DNA of 64,000 nucleotides from an uncultured Mobiluncus sp. (GTDB lineage Bacteria; Actinomycetota; Actinomycetes; Actinomycetales; Actinomycetaceae): NCBI RefSeq assembly GCF_963511525.1, contig NZ_CAUPIY010000006.1, positions 23,572 to 87,571 of the forward strand, read 5' to 3'. Shown piece by piece: positions 60,597 to 64,000 of this stretch (position 1 is its first letter; each line of letters starts with the position of its first letter). The notes under the pieces were generated by a model. It saw only the letters and a program-made list of their open reading frames with translations, ran no database searches and was not told where the DNA came from. The position numbers and the translations under genes were made by a program.

Positions 60597-62702
60597 TTGG
60601 GTGGTGCCTCCGGTACGGTCAGTATGGCTGCCCAGATGAGCCGCGCGCCGCTATTAGTTTTGTTGGGTGCGCAATGGCGTTGGGATGACGATTCCCTGGC
60701 CGACCCGGACTTACGAGGACTCCTGGAAAGTTCCACCCGCGCAAATTCGGTGGTGCGTACCAAAGCGAACACCACTGTTCCGGCTGCCGGTTTTCGGACG
60801 TTGGCGACAGGAAACCGGATGGGCTCAAGTGAAAGAAACTGGAGCCTCGGTCGGGCGGTGCTGGATTCCGGTACAAACTTGCGCCTCTTTGGTGATGGAG
60901 CGGCGGCCGGTCTGGGTTTCGTGCACCCTGACGCACCGGGCACCAAGCTTCCCGATTCCCTGAGTTTTTCTCCGGCATCCAGCTACCGGGGGGCCAGCCC
61001 AGAAGTTTTTGCGGACCTGCTCAGCCAGGTCATGACTCCCGGAGCGGTCGTCGTGGTCGATATGAGGGTATTTTCCCGCCGCCTGCAGCCCCAAATTATT
61101 CGCGCCGCCTGGCAGCGCGGCGATGATTCGGGCTGGAATACCATTGTTGCCTCAATAGCTGATGATAAATCGGCGGTGAATCGGGAATCCGATGTTTACC
61201 TAGTTGACAAATCCGTGCCTCAAAAAGCCATTGTTCCGCCGGGAAATCCCAGGCTGCAGGTTTTTGCGGCGCGCGGCCCCCAGTTTGGCAATGGGGGCGC
61301 GACCTCGGCTTCCACCCACCGACCGGGGTGGGTGCAAACCGCCGACCTGACCGCCACCATCTTGGACTATGTCGGAGCTCAGAAACCAGCGTGGGTACAA
61401 GGCTCAACCATCACTACGGGAAATGTGGTCACAGTGGAGTCTCTCGCGTCGGCAGCGCGCCGGGCCGCGATGATCCGCAATGTCCAAGTTTGGTTCCTTC
61501 CCGGCTTGGGGGTGGGGCTGGCTTTGTTGTTGATTGTGGCAGTATGGACACTGAATCGTCGCACTCACCCTCGGCTGGGTGAGGAGTGGGCACAGCCCCG
61601 GGCGCTGCTGGGGTTTTGGCGAATGGTCGCAACCTTCGCCGCCCTCATTCCGGCCATGGCGTACTTCATGAACTTGGCGCCGTGGTGGGAACTTGGACCA
61701 GCCGACACGGACGTGGCTGCCGCCAGCTACCTGTGGTTGGGGTGCCTGCTCCCGGTCATCCTTAGTGCCCTAGCGGCGATAGTCTGGAGCGTTTTGGGCT
61801 TGAATTCCCTCCTCGGCCCGCTCTTCATAATAAGCATATCATCGCTGATAGTAGGGGTACTTGACCCCTTAATTGGTTCTCCGATGGTGCTGGATTCCAT
61901 CATGGGGCTGCAATCAACGGTCGGGGGGCGTTTTTTCGGCATCGACAATGTCATGTTCGCGGTACTCGCTACCGGGGCGCTCACCCTGGCTACGGTGGCC
62001 TACGGGCTGGTAGAGGAACGCAAACAACCAAATGTCTCAGAAAAGTCCCTGATGGTAGTGCTAATAGTGCTAGCTGGCGCGGTGATTATTCTGGACTCAG
62101 CCCCCAGCCTGGGGGCAGATTTCGGCGGCACGATGGCTCTGGTTCCCGGCTTTGCCATCCTGTTCTTAAAATTCAATCGAAAACCTCTAACAATCCTATC
62201 ATCTGCGACGATAGCCTTATTGACCGTAGTCGTAGCAGCTATATTTGCTTATTTAGATTGGTTGCGGCCCGCCGATGAACGCACTCATTTGGGCAATTTT
62301 ATGGATACGCTCGCACAGGGGCGAGTGTTGCCGGTACTGATTAACAAATCTACGATGGTTTGGAATGCTGGCTGGCCGGCGTGGCTGATTATTAGTGTCA
62401 TTCTGGCTATTCTCTTGGCCCTGGCGATTATTCTGGCCCCGCTGTTTGCCAATATGCGCAACCCCTACCGACGTGACTACGGCTGGCTGTGGGGCAGCGT
62501 TGGCGCCAAGCTAAAACCCGAAGGAATCACTTGGAATCATGCGGAAAGAGCCTTATTTATGGCTTGGTGTACCACGATGGTGGTGGGAATGCTGCTCAAT
62601 GATTCTGGAATCCTGCTGGGTATGGCGGGAGCCGCGGTCATGTTCCCAGCCATCTTGGCGCAGGGATGTCACAAATTCCTAACAGACCAGCCTCAGCGCT
62701 AA
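60597..62702 (+). CDS. Large membrane protein (soluble domain plus about 10 TM); start uncertain
   Basis: Frame open from 60534. GWVQTADLTATIL, GGRFFGIDN, GADFGG, THLG, NDSG; no signal peptide of its own. Confidence 0.8.
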   Translation: MGGASGTVSMAAQMSRAPLLVLLGAQWRWDDDSLADPDLRGLLESSTRANSVVRTKANTTVPAAGFRTLATGNRMGSSERNWSLGRAVLDSGTNLRLFGDGAAAGLGFVHPDAPGTKLPDSLSFSPASSYRGASPEVFADLLSQVMTPGAVVVVDMRVFSRRLQPQIIRAAWQRGDDSGWNTIVASIADDKSAVNRESDVYLVDKSVPQKAIVPPGNPRLQVFAARGPQFGNGGATSASTHRPGWVQTADLTATILDYVGAQKPAWVQGSTITTGNVVTVESLASAARRAAMIRNVQVWFLPGLGVGLALLLIVAVWTLNRRTHPRLGEEWAQPRALLGFWRMVATFAALIPAMAYFMNLAPWWELGPADTDVAAASYLWLGCLLPVILSALAAIVWSVLGLNSLLGPLFIISISSLIVGVLDPLIGSPMVLDSIMGLQSTVGGRFFGIDNVMFAVLATGALTLATVAYGLVEERKQPNVSEKSLMVVLIVLAGAVIILDSAPSLGADFGGTMALVPGFAILFLKFNRKPLTILSSATIALLTVVVAAIFAYLDWLRPADERTHLGNFMDTLAQGRVLPVLINKSTMVWNAGWPAWLIISVILAILLALAIILAPLFANMRNPYRRDYGWLWGSVGAKLKPEGITWNHAERALFMAWCTTMVVGMLLNDSGILLGMAGAAVMFPAILAQGCHKFLTDQPQR

Positions 62703-62717
62703 CCGCTCAACGCAACG

Positions 62718-63542
62718 TTATTTCAGGCAGTAAACCTCACCGGGCTGTTGCTTACTCGCCGCGGCTAGGCGTAGCCGAAGTGGAGCGCGCACATGGCGCA
62801 CAAAGCGTGTCGCTGCGGCCAGGAATACATCTCGGAATTGGCTCAGCCGGTGACGATACCCTGCCATATCGTTGCCGGTAGCCCGGTGGGTCAGGTCGCA
62901 GGGAACTTCCTGCACCGAGTACCCCTTCACCAAAAGGTCGATAGTCATGCCGGTTTCCACACCCCACTTGTGTGCCAAAGGTTGACAATCGAAAAACGCT
63001 TCCGCACTCAGGCAACGCTGACCGGACAGAGGCTGGAGAGGTTCCCACCCGGTCGCCCAGCGAATCGCTCGACGCGACAGACGCGTCACAAAACCGTGAC
63101 CGCCGGCACCGGCTTGGCGCGGCAGGGCAGCTATGGCACAGTCCGTGCGTCCCTCCATTACCGCCTCAACCAGCGGGAAAGTCTGGGCGGCAGAATCGCC
63201 CAAGTCCGCGTCCAGAAACAGGATGAGACGGCGAGGACCGTCCTCGGGGTCGCGCATGGCCGCGACTTTTGCCCCAGTCTCCATCGCGCTGGCCTTACCG
63301 CGGTTGACGGAATGGCGCACCACCACAGCACCGGCACTGCGCGCGGCTTCTCCCGTATTGTCGCTGGAACCATCATCAATCACCACGAATAAATCCGCTC
63401 GGGGCAGTGCCTTGCAGGCACGAATAGTCGCCCCAATCGAATCGGCTTCATCCTTGGCAGGGATGATGACCGCGACTTTCTGGTTCGGATCGGGAACGGT
63501 TGCGGCGGAGTTCTTGCTGTTTTCCTGGTCAGTTTCTGGCAC
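62718..63542 (-). CDS. Family 2 glycosyltransferase
   Basis: IIPAKDE, IDDGSSD, NRGKA, FLDAD, LSGQR, WGVE. Confidence 0.9.
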   Translation of the reverse strand: MPETDQENSKNSAATVPDPNQKVAVIIPAKDEADSIGATIRACKALPRADLFVVIDDGSSDNTGEAARSAGAVVVRHSVNRGKASAMETGAKVAAMRDPEDGPRRLILFLDADLGDSAAQTFPLVEAVMEGRTDCAIAALPRQAGAGGHGFVTRLSRRAIRWATGWEPLQPLSGQRCLSAEAFFDCQPLAHKWGVETGMTIDLLVKGYSVQEVPCDLTHRATGNDMAGYRHRLSQFRDVFLAAATRFVRHVRAPLRLRLAAASKQQPGEVYCLK

Positions 63543-63656
63543 GTGTGCAATTTTAAAGCCCCATTAAGCCAAATGCGAGTTTTCGACGCTAAAAGTTTCC
63601 GGTTTTTGCCCTCTAAACCTCCGCGCCGGAACAGAAATTAGTGAAACAATGAGGCT

Positions 63657-64000
63657 ATGCATGAACGAGCTGGACAACTTGCCAAACCGGAAGACCTAAT
63701 CAACGTTGATGAAGTCATCAGCGCTTACTATGACCTGGAACCCGATGTAAACGAGCCTGCACAGGCAGTTTCGTTCGGGACTTCGGGGCATCGCGGATCA
63801 TCTTTGGACCGCGCCTTTAATGAGGCTCATATCGTAGCCACCACGGCCGCGATTGTTGAATACCGACAGTCGCAAGGCTATGACGGACCCCTGTTCATCG
63901 GCCGCGATACGCACGCCCTGTCCGAGCCGGCGTGGCGTACCGCTCTGGAAGTCCTCGCGGGGATGGAAGTGCGCACTCTGACGGATGCGCGCGATTCTTT
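63657..64000 (+). CDS. pgm: Phosphoglucomutase, 5' part (runs off the window)
   Basis: Translated by hand: MHERAGQLA...VSFGTSGHRGSS...FNEAHI...GPLFIGRDTHALS. Confidence 0.93.
   Translation, partial: MHERAGQLAKPEDLINVDEVISAYYDLEPDVNEPAQAVSFGTSGHRGSSLDRAFNEAHIVATTAAIVEYRQSQGYDGPLFIGRDTHALSEPAWRTALEVLAGMEVRTLTDARDS

Overview
A core-chromosome segment from a GC-rich actinobacterium. Gene content and style suggest Actinomycetaceae, possibly Mobiluncus; this is inference, not a database hit. In order: a MacB/FtsX-type ABC transporter downstream of an unannotated 27-aa amphipathic peptide gene; a sulfide:quinone oxidoreductase with a small partner gene; SRP RNA (ffs); a ~15 kb Tad/Flp pilus locus between ffs and dnaX, containing a two-component system, a pilin-fused 504-aa protein followed by a lipoprotein, and an OmpA-domain lipoprotein; dnaX-recR-ask-asd; a thioredoxin; the fhaA-fhaB-pstP-rodA-pbpA-pknA-pknB cluster; metNI; tRNA-Arg; a gluconate/idonate catabolic locus; a tRNA-Ser(UGA) whose T-loop is replaced by part of a structured 145-bp tandem repeat; tRNA-Ser(GCU); pyk; an AGE-family isomerase; a HAD hydrolase; serS; pheA; a membrane gene split at a C_CCA_AAA slippery site; a GT2 glycosyltransferase; and the start of pgm. 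The strongest leads are (1) the PSM/delta-toxin-like peptide beside an ABC exporter, (2) the interrupted tRNA-Ser with an antisense T-arm copy in its repeats, (3) the pilin-fused protein/lipoprotein pair in the Tad locus, and (4) the candidate -1 frameshift. No integrase, transposase or CRISPR array was seen.
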